The translations under genes and the position numbers were made by a program. A DNA stretch of 64,000 bases from Emiliania huxleyi CCMP1516 (lineage: Eukaryota). The stretch covers positions 5,972 through 69,971 of the forward strand of contig NW_005201183.1 of NCBI RefSeq assembly GCF_000372725.1. Direction: 5' to 3'. The first letter of the stretch is position 1; each line of letters starts with the position of its first letter. Positions 34,153 to 44,517 of this stretch are shown piece after piece. The notes beneath the pieces are model-generated. The model saw nothing but the letters and a program-made list of their open reading frames with translations, searched no databases and was not told the DNA's origin.

Positions 34153-37100
34153 ATGGCAGCGAGCGGGCAGCCGCGCAAGCTGCAGGAGCAGGTGGCGCAT
34201 GGCGGCCCCGTTCGGTGCGTGCACATCGGCCGCAAGTCCGGCGGCGTGATGGTGACGGGTGGCGACGACAAGAAGGTGAACCTCTGGTCGGTCGGCCGCC
34301 CCAACGCGATCCTGTCCCTCGCGGGCCACACCAGCAGCGTCGAGTCGGTCTCCTTCGACTGTTCGGAGCGGACCGTCGTCGCCGGCTCGGCCGGCGGCAC
34401 TCTGAAGATGTGGGACCTCGAGCACGGCCGCGTGGCGCGCACGCTCACCGGCCACCGCTCGAGCGCCATCACGGTCGAGTGGCATCCGTACGGAGAGTTC
34501 TTCGCGTCGGGCTCGGCAGACACGTACCTCAAGGTGTGGGACATGCGCCAGCGCGCGTGCATCCAGACGTACCGGGGCCACGCCGGCGCCGTGCGCAACC
34601 TCCTCTTCTCTCCCGACGGCCGGTGGGTGGTCTCTGGCTGCGACGGAGGCGAGGTCAGGCTGTGGGACCTGACCGCGGGCAAGCTGCTGACGGAGCTCTG
34701 CACGCACGCGGGCGCCGTGTCCGCTCTCGCGATCCACCCGACCGAGTTCCTTATGGCGACCGCCGCCGCCGACCGCACCGTCCGCCTCTGGGACCTGGAG
34801 ACGTTTTCGCCGGTCGGGGCGGCGCTGCCCGAGCCCGGCGGAGGGTCGCGGCGGGTCGCCTTCACGCCAGACGGGAGCGCGCTGCTCTCGGCGGGCGAGG
34901 AGTCGCTGCGCGGGTGGGGGTGGGAGCCCGCCCGCTGCCATCTCCACTCCGAGACACGCTGGTCGCGGCTGTCCGACTTTTGCATCGTCGGGGGCGGCGG
35001 GGGCGGAGGAGGGGAGCGGGAGGGAGGAGAGGGGGAGGTGCTGGCTGCGGCCCTCCACGAGTGCGTGGTCACCGTGTGGGGAGTCCGCCTCGACGAGCTG
35101 CGCGGGCTCGGCCACCCTCCGCCCGCCGGCGCGGCTCGACTCGAGGGCGGGGGGAGGCGCGAGGGCGCGAGGCACGAGGGCGGAGCCAACCACCTCGCCT
35201 CCGCCTCCTCCCGCCCCGCCTCCGCCTCCTCCCGCCCCGCCTCCGCCTCCTCCCGCCCCGCCTCCGCCTCCTCCCGCCCTGTCCCCGCCGCTCGCAAGGC
35301 GGCCCCCGCTCCCGCCGCCCCTCCCGCCGCCGCTCCCGCCCCTGCCGCTCCCGCCCCTGCCGCATCCGCCCCTGCCGGCCCCGACACTGCTGGCCTTGAC
35401 GAGGGCGACGAGCTGTCGGTGTCCGCCTGCGCGCGTATGCAGATCGCCGGCTGCCGCGCCCAGATCGCCGCCGTCCGGCGCGGAAGGTCCGCCTGCCACG
35501 GCGCTGCAGCTGTCTCTGGCGCCGCCGCCGCCGCCACAGCGGCTTGCTTGAGGCCGGCGGACTTCGCCGCCGCCGACGTCCCCGCCGCCTCTCTGGCGGA
35601 GGGGGGCGGCGCTCGCGAGGCTGGCCGCGGGGGAGGCGGCTGCAGGGCCGCGTGCGCGGAGCAGTCGGAGCCGCTCGCCACCGCAGGAGGACGGCACAAG
35701 TCGGTCGGCACGTCGATGGGAGACTCTCTCTGCGGCGGCCTCGCGCCGGCGGCTTCCTAGACACTTCCTAGACGCCTCCTAGACACCTCCTAGACACCTC
35801 CTAGACACTCCCTCGCCTCCTCCCACGAAGAGTGACGCGCCTCTCGCGCGCGCGCCACCCCGGCGCCGGCCCCCCTACTGACGCACTCCCGCTTCCGCTG
35901 CCGCGCCGAGCGAGAAGCTCCTGTGGTGTGAACAGCGTCTCTCCACACGTACTGCTGTGAACAGGCGACTGCCGCGTCGAGCGAGAACCTCCTGGGGAAT
36001 GCGCAGCTCCCTCCGCCGCGATACCCCGCGACGCGCGCGCGCAAGGCGGCGTCGGCCGCACCGGCGCCCGCGCCCGCGGCGGCTGGCTGTGGCGAGGGCG
36101 GGGCGGCGGGCGGCTGCGGCGGGGCGCGGGTCGGCGAGGCGCGCGGGCTCGAGGAGGCGCGCGGGCTCGAGGAGGCGCGCGGGCTTGACCCGTCCGAGGC
36201 GCGCGGGCTCGACCCGTCCGCATTCCTGCCGCGGGCAGGGGGCGGCCCTGTGCCCCGAGACGAGGAGGCGCTGCTGTCGGCGCTGCTCGCCCCGTCGCCG
36301 CTGCAGGTCTCTTGCCTCTCGGCGCGGCTGACGGCGCTGAGGGCTCTCGGCTGCTACCACGCGGCGGGCGACTTCAAGGCGACGCTGCAGCCTCCTCGGT
36401 TGGGCGGAGGGGGGGGGGGGGGATTGGGCTCCTTCTCTGACCCTTCCTGCGGCCCTTGCCGCCAGGCGATGCTGCAGCACCTCGCGCGGCTGGGGGATGC
36501 GTCCGTCACGGTGGACGTGTTGCGCACGGGCACGTTGCGCCGCGTCCCGCTAGACCTGGAAGGGGCGCTGCTGCTGCTGCCCACGCTCACTCAGCTCCTC
36601 GCCTCCTCCCACGAAGAGTGACGCTTCCTAGACACTTCCTGGACACCTCCTAGACACCTCCTAGACACCTTCTAGACACCTCCTAGACACCTCCTAGACG
36701 CCTCCTAGACACCTCCTAGACACCTCCTAGACACTCCCTCGCCTCCTCCCACGAAGAGTGACGCTTCCTAGACACCTCCTAGACACCTCCTAGACACCTC
36801 CTAGACGCCTCCTAGACACCTCCTAGACACCTCCTAGACACTCCCTCGCCTCCTCCCACGAAAAGTGACGCGCCTCTCGCGCGCGCGCCACCCCGGCGCC
36901 GGCCCCCCTACTGACGCACTCCCGCAACACGTAGGCACGCCGAGGCGTCGCTCGACGCGCTCTCGCTGGTCCTCTCAAGCTTTGGGTCGGTGGTGGCCGC
37001 GGCAAGGTCGGCGGCGACTGGCGGCGTCGGCGTTGATCTGAGCGGCGAGGCGCGCGCGCGCCGGTGCCACGAGTGCTACGACCACTTCGACGCGATCCGA

Positions 37101-37167
37101 CCGCGGCTGCGGGAGCTCGCAGCGGGCGACGGGGCCACGCAGCGACGCGCGGTGGACTTGCTGCAGG
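34153..37167 (+). CDS. KATNB1: Katanin p80 WD40 subunit (3' end runs into the gap)
   Basis: N-terminal WD40s ([47 protein letters not shown]) and C-terminal con80-like [13 protein letters not shown]. Introns 35749-35964, 36379-36465 and 36618-36934. Confidence 0.88.
35926..35964 (+). mobile_element. 39-nt intron-forming core
   Basis: GTGTGAACAGCGTCTCTCCACACGTACTGCTGTGAACAG ends exactly at the intron acceptor. Confidence 0.75.
36625..36842. repeat. Intronic 11-bp minisatellite (CCTAGACACCT) interleaved with copies of the exon end
   Basis: Directly visible. The same unit occurs at 35755-35808. Confidence 0.9.
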
Positions 37168-37432
37168 NNNNNNNNNNNNNNNNNNNNNNNNNNNNNNNNN
37201 NNNNNNNNNNNNNNNNNNNNNNNNNNNNNNNNNNNNNNNNNNNNNNNNNNNNNNNNNNNNNNNNNNNNNNNNNNNNNNNNNNNNNNNNNNNNNNNNNNNN
37301 NNNNNNNNNNNNNNNNNNNNNNNNNNNNNNNNNNNNNNNNNNNNNNNNNNNNNNNNNNNNNNNNNNNNNNNNNNNNNNNNNNNNNNNNNNNNNNNNNNNN
37401 NNNNNNNNNNNNNNNNNNNNNNNNNNNNNNNN
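37168..37432. other. Assembly gap
   Basis: 265 N. Confidence 1.
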
Positions 37433-39199
37433 TACCCAGCCCCACCCACCACTCATTGTGTGTGGGGAACCTGCCTACCCACCCCCGCCTACCTGTTGTA
37501 CGTGGCGGCGTCCGGGTTCTCCTCGCCGCCGTACTCCGGCGTGCCCGGGTCGCGCGTCACCGTCATCGGCGAGCGGAGGGCGTCGCTGACGAAGTAGTAG
37601 CCCGAGGTCACCTCCCCAACCGAGGCAGCGCATCATGCGGACGATACTCAATAGTGGTGAATGATGAACAAGTAGGGGCGGAAAATTGTGTTTTGCGGTG
37701 CACAAAATTCTTTTTCGCGTGTACATATATGGGGGAGGAGCGAGGAGGCGCTGGCGGCGCGGGTGGCGAGCGCACGCGCAGATGGGGATCGGCAGGACGG
37801 CGGAGCCGAGTGCGGCCTTGGGGTCGGAGGGTCCGGGGAGGGCGGGGTGGGTCGGGACGGGGTGGGGCTTTGGGGAGGGGAGGGTCCGGGGAGGGTGGGG
37901 TGGGCCGGGGCGGGTTGGGGAGGGGTGGGGCGGGCCGCGGGTGTCGGAGGAGGGGAATTCGGACGGCGGCTTTTGTGGCGAGGACGACGCCTTCTACGGA
38001 AGCCGTCGTCTGCGCCTTGTCTGTCGTGTGAATCGTGCGTGTGCGACCCCTTGTTGGCGCCGAAATTACTTTTTTCGCCTCTCAGCGCTCGGCTCCTGGG
38101 TTCGGACTTTTTGCGGGGTAAGTATGGTAGCATCGGCCAACCCACCTCGAGACCATACCCCCCCGCCTGCTGACAGACCTCCAGCCTCCCGCCGACGGGA
38201 CCCCCCCCCCCCCACCCCCTCGCCCCACCGCCGGCCGCCTTACTGTTAGGCTCCAGGAGGCTGCAACCAATTTGGTCTTGGACGGCTGGCGTTAGAGAGA
38301 TCTTTTGCCGAGCAGTCTGAGCGACGGCTATGTGTTGATTCGCGCGACATTGAGGCGCTCCGCAACCAGAAGGGTGTCGGCGATTGGAGCGTGGAGCAGC
38401 TGCAGCAACTCCGCGACACGGGCGCCTGTTCCTTCCTACCTCATGGCGCTGCGGGCTCGTCGGCAGTAGAGGGAGGGGCCGAGGGACCATACCCCCACCC
38501 CTGTCGAGGGCTAGCCTTGGGCGGTCAGGACCATACCCCCCCACCCAAGCGCATACCACACCCCGCAAAAAGTTGGAACCCTACCTGACCTCCCACTTCA
38601 GCCTTCCACTCGAATACAACCCTCTCCATCCAGCTCTCCTGAGGCCTAAGGTGTTAAAAAATGTAGCGAGCACACACCAAGTGCGTATATCACTCAAAAG
38701 CCAATGTGTACGCCAATGGCTCGCTTCACGAGAAGCGCCGGCTCAACTTTGCGTCGGTGCAGCCTGGCGACCTTGTACTTTTTAGAAATGAGCCACACCT
38801 GGCGCAAATGAGCCGCTTTCTAAAAAGTACAAATGAGAAACGATGGTTGCGCGCGCTTCTATACCAAGACATGGCCAGGACTGTGTGCCGCAGAGCGCAC
38901 ACACATGTGCCCGCACCGCCTGCCCTCCCACCACACCTACCGGGGATGTGAGGGCACTGGCGCCCAGACAGGCCGTGGAGAGCAAAGCGTCTAATTCTAC
39001 ATGCGAGGTTGGCGATCGGCGCGCCAGGTGTGGACTCGCACCGAAGGCAGTGTACATGCGTCCCAAATGTCGTGCGTGCCTACAGCTCTCTCCTCGAAGG
39101 CGCGCAGCCCGACAGGCCCCCCTAGGTGTTGCGCCGCTAGATGCCCAATTCCGTTTTCATCACGAGGCCACCACTCTTCCCATCTTGTCTGGCGCAATC

Positions 39200-40948
39200 C
39201 TAATCGCTCACGCCACACGGCGCAAGCAGGCCCATGGCGCCCCCTCCCGCAAACCTGCCTTGGGGGTCCAGTTGCAGTCGGTATGAGTTGAACGCCTGCT
39301 TCGTAGCGTCGGTGTAAATGTTACACACCGACGCGGCAGCGAACGCTGTCACGTACTCGCTGTCGTCGGCCTCGAAGCCCCACTCCTTCGCAACGTGCGG
39401 CACGGCTCCCAACGGCATCAGAGCCTTCTCCATGGCGTAGAAGGCCTTCATCATGTCCTGATTGTCGGCTGGGTCCGCACCAAGGGTGCTCGGCGAGAGG
39501 AACTCGACGACTCCGTATGTGCCGGGGGGCACGATGGTCAGAGTGGCGTCGTCAGTCACACGCACGAAGCGCATCTCGAAGGGGAAAGACCAGGTGAAGG
39601 TGGGCGTAGATGCCGCCGCCGCCGAGCGCGCGACAGCATCCGACCTCATAACGTCGAGGGCCGCAGACAGGTTGGAAATTGGTACAAAGTATGCGGCGTA
39701 GTAGATGTTCCTTGGAGTGGGATTCATCCCCAGAAAACCGTCGTTGCCAACGTTCTCCGCCAGCCCCCGCCGGATGACCCTGAAGGTCTCCGGTGTCAGA
39801 ACGGATGCAGGGAGGTTTAGTGGGAGATCGGCCGCACTTGGTTGCCCCCACCGAGCGATCGACTCAAACAATGGCGCCTGGATGGAGAAATCAGGCTGCA
39901 GTGGCTCCTCTGTCCCCTCTGTGTTGAGCTGAGCGTACTCGCCGACCGTAGGTGTTGCGGATGGAACGTCGGGAAAAGTTGCGTTGCCATTCATCAAAGT
40001 GACAACCGCTCCAAAGCTCACCTGCTCAGGCGAGGTCGACATGTCCATGAAGAACTGCCCGGAGAAGGCTGATTGGCTCCCAGCCGCTGCGCCGGGCGGC
40101 TGGAGGCCAGCCATGGCGTCGGACACTACAAAGTCCCAGAAGTTGGCCTCGCTCCATGGAAAAGAGCGGCTCACGTAGATCACCTGGAAGGCAGAGACGG
40201 AAAGCAGCGCGAACTCGATCGCCGTGATGATTCCGAGCAGGCCGTACGAGTTGCGCCACATGCGAAGCTCAGATTCTGAGGTGATGTGGTGTATGACCCC
40301 ATCCGCCGTCATCACGCGGAGACTCTTAATGTTCTTGCTGACAAAGGACGCTTCATAGACGCCGCCATGGACGCTGTTCGCGACCATCCCGCCCAGCTGG
40401 AAGATCGGGAGCGCCGTCTGCGTCGGAAGCGTGTAGCCTGCGGGCCGGATGCGAGAGTAGAGCTTGAACTCGCTCCAGCCCGCGTTAACACGCACGGTGG
40501 AAGCGGGCTCGTTGAGCTCGTACTCCCAGTTGCTAGGCGCGGTGTAATTGGCAAGCGAGACCACGATCGTGTTCTCGTCGGTGCCGTCGGTCACCGCCGC
40601 AAACTGCGTGCCGGTCGCACCGCCCGGCCGGACTGTGTAGTTGTGAGCCTGTGCATACTCGAGGATCTCTGCGAGGTCCTCGTCGCTACTAGGCATGAGC
40701 CAAGGCACGCACGTGCGGAAGCTTTGTTGCCAGTTTGACCAGCGAGCCCCGTACGCGCCCCCGGGGGCAAAGTAGGGTGCGTCGGCCTGCGCGCTCCCCT
40801 CGCCGCCCGATGCGGAGCACTGTTTGGAGAAGGAGGTCTCCGAGTTCAGGGTTGGCTGCGGAATGCTGGCAAACGTCGGGAAACGCTCGGCCGGGACGGG
40901 GTTGGCTGGGTTCGTAACCACCGCGGGGAGAAAGAGGGGCAGGATCAT
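39200..40948 (-). CDS. Secreted FAD-linked oxidase (VAO/gulonolactone-oxidase-like)
   Basis: Signal-like MILPLFLPAVV; WSNW..P.S.EDL..IL; VRVNAG; QLGGMVANSVHG; YGLLGIIT; FPFEMRFV; PHVAKEW; LDPQGRF. Confidence 0.85.
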   Translation of the reverse strand: MILPLFLPAVVTNPANPVPAERFPTFASIPQPTLNSETSFSKQCSASGGEGSAQADAPYFAPGGAYGARWSNWQQSFRTCVPWLMPSSDEDLAEILEYAQAHNYTVRPGGATGTQFAAVTDGTDENTIVVSLANYTAPSNWEYELNEPASTVRVNAGWSEFKLYSRIRPAGYTLPTQTALPIFQLGGMVANSVHGGVYEASFVSKNIKSLRVMTADGVIHHITSESELRMWRNSYGLLGIITAIEFALLSVSAFQVIYVSRSFPWSEANFWDFVVSDAMAGLQPPGAAAGSQSAFSGQFFMDMSTSPEQVSFGAVVTLMNGNATFPDVPSATPTVGEYAQLNTEGTEEPLQPDFSIQAPLFESIARWGQPSAADLPLNLPASVLTPETFRVIRRGLAENVGNDGFLGMNPTPRNIYYAAYFVPISNLSAALDVMRSDAVARSAAAASTPTFTWSFPFEMRFVRVTDDATLTIVPPGTYGVVEFLSPSTLGADPADNQDMMKAFYAMEKALMPLGAVPHVAKEWGFEADDSEYVTAFAAASVCNIYTDATKQAFNSYRLQLDPQGRFAGGGAMGLLAPCGVSD

Positions 40949-41655
40949 GATGACGCACTCCTGCGGACGGAGGCAGTCGGTCCGATGAGCGGATGGGCTC
41001 GGCCGAACGTACTGGGCGACAGGCACTACAGAGGGCCGAGAGCAAATCTGGCCACAAAGAGTTACGGAGGTGCCATACCCGGTTCTCTACTCTGAGAGCG
41101 TCTTTGAGGGGGCATGGAGAGGAGGGGGGCTCAAGAGGGCCGCACCTACTCGCAGCGTACGCAGCTTGAGGCCCAGCCTGCAAGACGCCGCGGCGGTTCC
41201 CCTCGCCCCACCTTGTTTTCGACCTGCGTGCGCACGAGACGGCGGCCGAGCGTCAGCAGCATAAAATGGGATGAGCACGGCGCGGGCTCGCTTCGGGCGC
41301 CGCGGGAGCGCAGTAGGCATGGAGGCGATTCGCGGCTGCGCGCTGGGCCGTCGCTCTGCCCGCGATCCGGGTGTGCGCCAGATTCTAGTCGCTCGAGCCT
41401 CGGAACGAGCCGCGCGCGGGGCGTTTGCAGCAAGGGAGGCACAGGCACGAGCGCGCTGCAGCGCATGGGGTGTTGGGCCTTCTTGCGGCCGGGCACGCTC
41501 GCGCAAATGCCTACACGCGTTGCGGGGCGCGGAGGAGAGGGGAACCTGAGAGTTAACGTGCAACAACAGGCGCCGTGCACAACCACGAGAAGAGAATTTT
41601 TAGCAATACCAAACAACTCTAACACTCCCACGTCATTTGGGGCCTGGAGCCCTGT

Positions 41656-42630
41656 TCACGCGCGCGCGAGACGTGCAGACAGGGTTGCCAGGTGAGAGCG
41701 AATGGCGCGGTTCACGCCTCGCACAACAGAGAGAGAGATGCGCTCTGTGGTGGGACATAAAAGAGAGCGAGTACTTGGGCGAGTAGGCTGTGCGGTCAAC
41801 GCTGCCGCGCGCGACTTTGCGCGCGAGGCGGCGCAGCTTGAGAACGGCGGTGGGCGAGAAGCCGCCGCCGAACGTCTCGTGGAGCAGCAGGTTGAAGTTG
41901 TTGCGCTTGACAAAGATCGCGTCGTGGTAGAAACCGCGATGCGCGCGCGCCTTGACGTAGCCGTGGCCGGTCTTGTGGGAGAAGGGTTGGCCGGGCTGCC
42001 CGCGCGCCTTGCAGCCCATGTTTAGGCGGCGGGCCTTCTCTTCGGTGTTGCCGAAGGCGTAGGAGTGGCCAACGGAATGGGGCGTGCCGCCACTCGAGGC
42101 GTTGCCAACGCCCGGCGAGGAGGTCTTGAGGAGGGGCGTCCAGAGCTTGATTTCATTCACTTCATCGCACCCCCCCGGTCCCGCATGGGGTTCTGCGAGG
42201 TCAGTCTTGTACCCCTCGTTGTACTGCCGGGTGAGCTCTGGTTTCTCCTTGTCGCCGTGCACGACCGGCGCGTTGGCCGGGGCGCGCATCGCGTCCGCCC
42301 AGGCGGCGAGGACGCCGTCGTGGGGCCGCTGGTGGTGGGCCTTGTTGTAAAGGTAGTCGCCGAAGAAATCGACTGGCATGCCCCGCTCGAGCGCGACCCG
42401 AAGGGTGGGAAGCGCCGCGGAGAGCCAAAGGCCGAGCTTCCGCTGGAGCTCGTCCTGGAGGGTGTCGGAGGAGAGGGCGGTGGCGTACGTACCGTCGACA
42501 CGGACATCGAAGGCCTTGCCGGCGAAAGGCGTTGAGGCGGAGACGAAGCGCGCGGCTTCGCGGTTGTTGACGGCGCTGTCTCCGACGGACGGGTTGTTCT
42601 TGACGTGCCCAGTGTCGTGCGAGCGAGTTT
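41656..42630 (-). mobile_element. 5'-truncated, frameshifted RLE-type (CRE-like) non-LTR retrotransposon
   Basis: AARFVSAS.., DFFGD..QRPHDGV, NTEEK, FNLLLHETFGGGFS, and RISLSVVRG after a frameshift near 41750. Confidence 0.7.
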
Positions 42631-42960
42631 CCTTGGTAAATTCTTTTCGTGGGTGGGCGCCGGAGTGGGAGTGGTGGTGTGACTGCTCCTGTGGTGCGGG
42701 CGACGGCTTCTGAGGAAGCCGTCGCCCGCGCCTCGCCTGTCGCGTGAATCGTGTCGTGCGACTGCCTTGTTGTAAAATTCTTTTCGTGCGGTCGAGTGCA
42801 CGGAGCTAAGTGCCTCGCCGTCCTCGCGGGAGTCGCTTAGGCGGCTCCAGTGGTGTACCTGTGTTAGTGCCAGTGCGCGCCAGTCCCGTGCCCAGTGTTG
42901 TGCGAGGGAGTTTTGTTGTAAACTTCTTTTCGTGCGAGCGCCCCTTTTAGAATTCTTTTG
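42631..42960 (+). mobile_element. Head-to-tail stack of short retroelement 3' tails
   Basis: Segments end in ...TAAA(A/C)TTCTTTTCGTG at ~42651, ~42788 and ~42934. Segment 42790-42930 encodes VHGAKCLAVLAGVA*, matching the end of the 30.8-kb element. Confidence 0.65.
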
Positions 42961-43155
42961 AGAGCGCCTTCGTTGTTAATAATACAAGCCCAATGGTCCC
43001 TTTCGAGCGGTCCCCTGTCGCAGTCGCACACACGCACACGCCGCACCGCACCGCGCGCCCGCCCGCTGCCCCGCCCAGGCGGGAAAGAGATGAGGAGATG
43101 GGACAGCAAAGGAGGAGGCACAAACACGTATGGGCGGGTTCAGTTGTGCGGCGTA

Positions 43156-44088
43156 CTCGCATAATGTGGGTAAACGAAAAAGTAGCGCCCAATTCGTCTA
43201 CGTACGGCTTAGTGTGTGGTTGGGGTGGCCTCAGGCATCCCCAAGGGAGCCTCTGCGGTGCCACATAAGCAGCTTAGTGATTGTCGAGACTTTAAGGGAT
43301 TCGTTTGAAGATCTCGCAAACAAGACAGACACTACTATGGTCACCAGTAAACGAAAATTCGACTTTGAGGGATAATATCTCAACAGACTGGGTGAGAGCA
43401 AGCATTATTATTGCATATTAGGCCGCATAAGGTCAGACTTGACCCCACAAGCATCCAGAACCCGATGCTCCGGCTCGACTGTGCCGGCACACTGCCTCCT
43501 CGCGCACGCGGCTAGCAGGCCGTTGCGGCCCGTGGTGCACCAGAGAGAGAGGTCGACGCGTTGCCCCCGCTGGCGACCCCGCGCGGCTCAGGCCGGCCAG
43601 AAGGTGTGTGGTGACGGCACCGTGGCAGGAGTGCGGAGATGAGCTCGCCGAACGCGAGCAGCAGATGGCCAAAGTGTGCCAGCGCGAGAGCCTCGCGAGC
43701 GGGCGCAGAAGGAGCTCGCCGTGACACGATGCCGGGCGGTGGTGGTGCTCTGGCGACTGTGCACAGTGGGCAAAGTCAGGCTGCAACAGGGCAGCACGAT
43801 GGTAGTGCCCTGCTGCAGCCTGGCCTGACATGCACAGGGCGAACAGAGACACTACTATCGTCTGGCGCTCGTCACCGAATCTGGGCGAACTTCGACCGCC
43901 GCCACAGCTGGCCACGAGCACGCAGCGACAAAATGCTGACTGTACGGAAGTTGAGGCTGGTCGAGAGGAAGAGGCTGCCGTGCGAGCCGGCAGCTGGCTG
44001 GCTCGGGCGGACTGACTCCGGCGTGTTTTTTCGGCTTCTTCTTTCATAGTAGCGTATACGCTACTTTCGTTTACCCACATTCTGCGAG
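43156..44088. mobile_element. Non-autonomous TIR element (Tc1/mariner-like, TA TSD)
   Basis: ~31-bp TIRs CTCGCAKAATGTGGGTAAACGAAA(A)GTAGCG, flanked by TA at 43154-55 and 44089-90. Confidence 0.7.
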
Positions 44089-44155
44089 TACTCCTAATCT
44101 TTTTCCCTCCCAGCCGACGCTCGCGCTAGAGCTCTTCTCGTCGCTCGCCTCTCGG

Positions 44156-44458
44156 ATGCTCGTCGGTCGAGGCGTCGTGTGTGCCCTCTGCGTCGCCGCC
44201 TCGACATTCCATCCTCCGGCACTCGCTGCACAAATTGACAGCAGCTCGCCGGCCGCAGTCGCTGCTATCTCGACGGACAGCGCGCCCGCGCGAAGCCGGG
44301 ACGGCCGGTTCGTCGAGGTTACAAAGCAGCAGGCTGAGGCACTCAGGGAAGCGGCGAGCAAGGAGAAGTTGCCGACACCGCCGCCCGGGTCGGACCTCGA
44401 GCAGATGCTTTCGGCCGGGGGCGGCGGCAGCACCGATCCACGGGCCCATGCGAGGTGA
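44156..44458 (+). CDS. Small protein with signal-like N-terminus
   Basis: MLVGRGVVCALCVAASTFHPPALA... with plausible composition. No family recognised. Confidence 0.4.
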   Translation: MLVGRGVVCALCVAASTFHPPALAAQIDSSSPAAVAAISTDSAPARSRDGRFVEVTKQQAEALREAASKEKLPTPPPGSDLEQMLSAGGGGSTDPRAHAR

Positions 44459-44517
44459 GAGTGTGAGTCTGAGACGCGCGCCGCGCCGAACCACTTGTTA
44501 CTTTTTACAATCGAATC

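Noticed and set aside
37490..37625. Exon-like stretch on the minus strand (EVTSGYYFVSDALRSPM...)
   Set aside because: No start or acceptor found and it runs into the gap, so no product can be assigned.
38706..38880. ASCH/PUA-like snippet EKRRLNFASVQPGDLVLF
   Set aside because: Too short, with no supporting frame context.
42631..42960. CRISPR-like repeat-spacer appearance
   Set aside because: Eukaryotic context, no cas genes, degenerate repeats and ~120-nt spacers that are retroelement tails.
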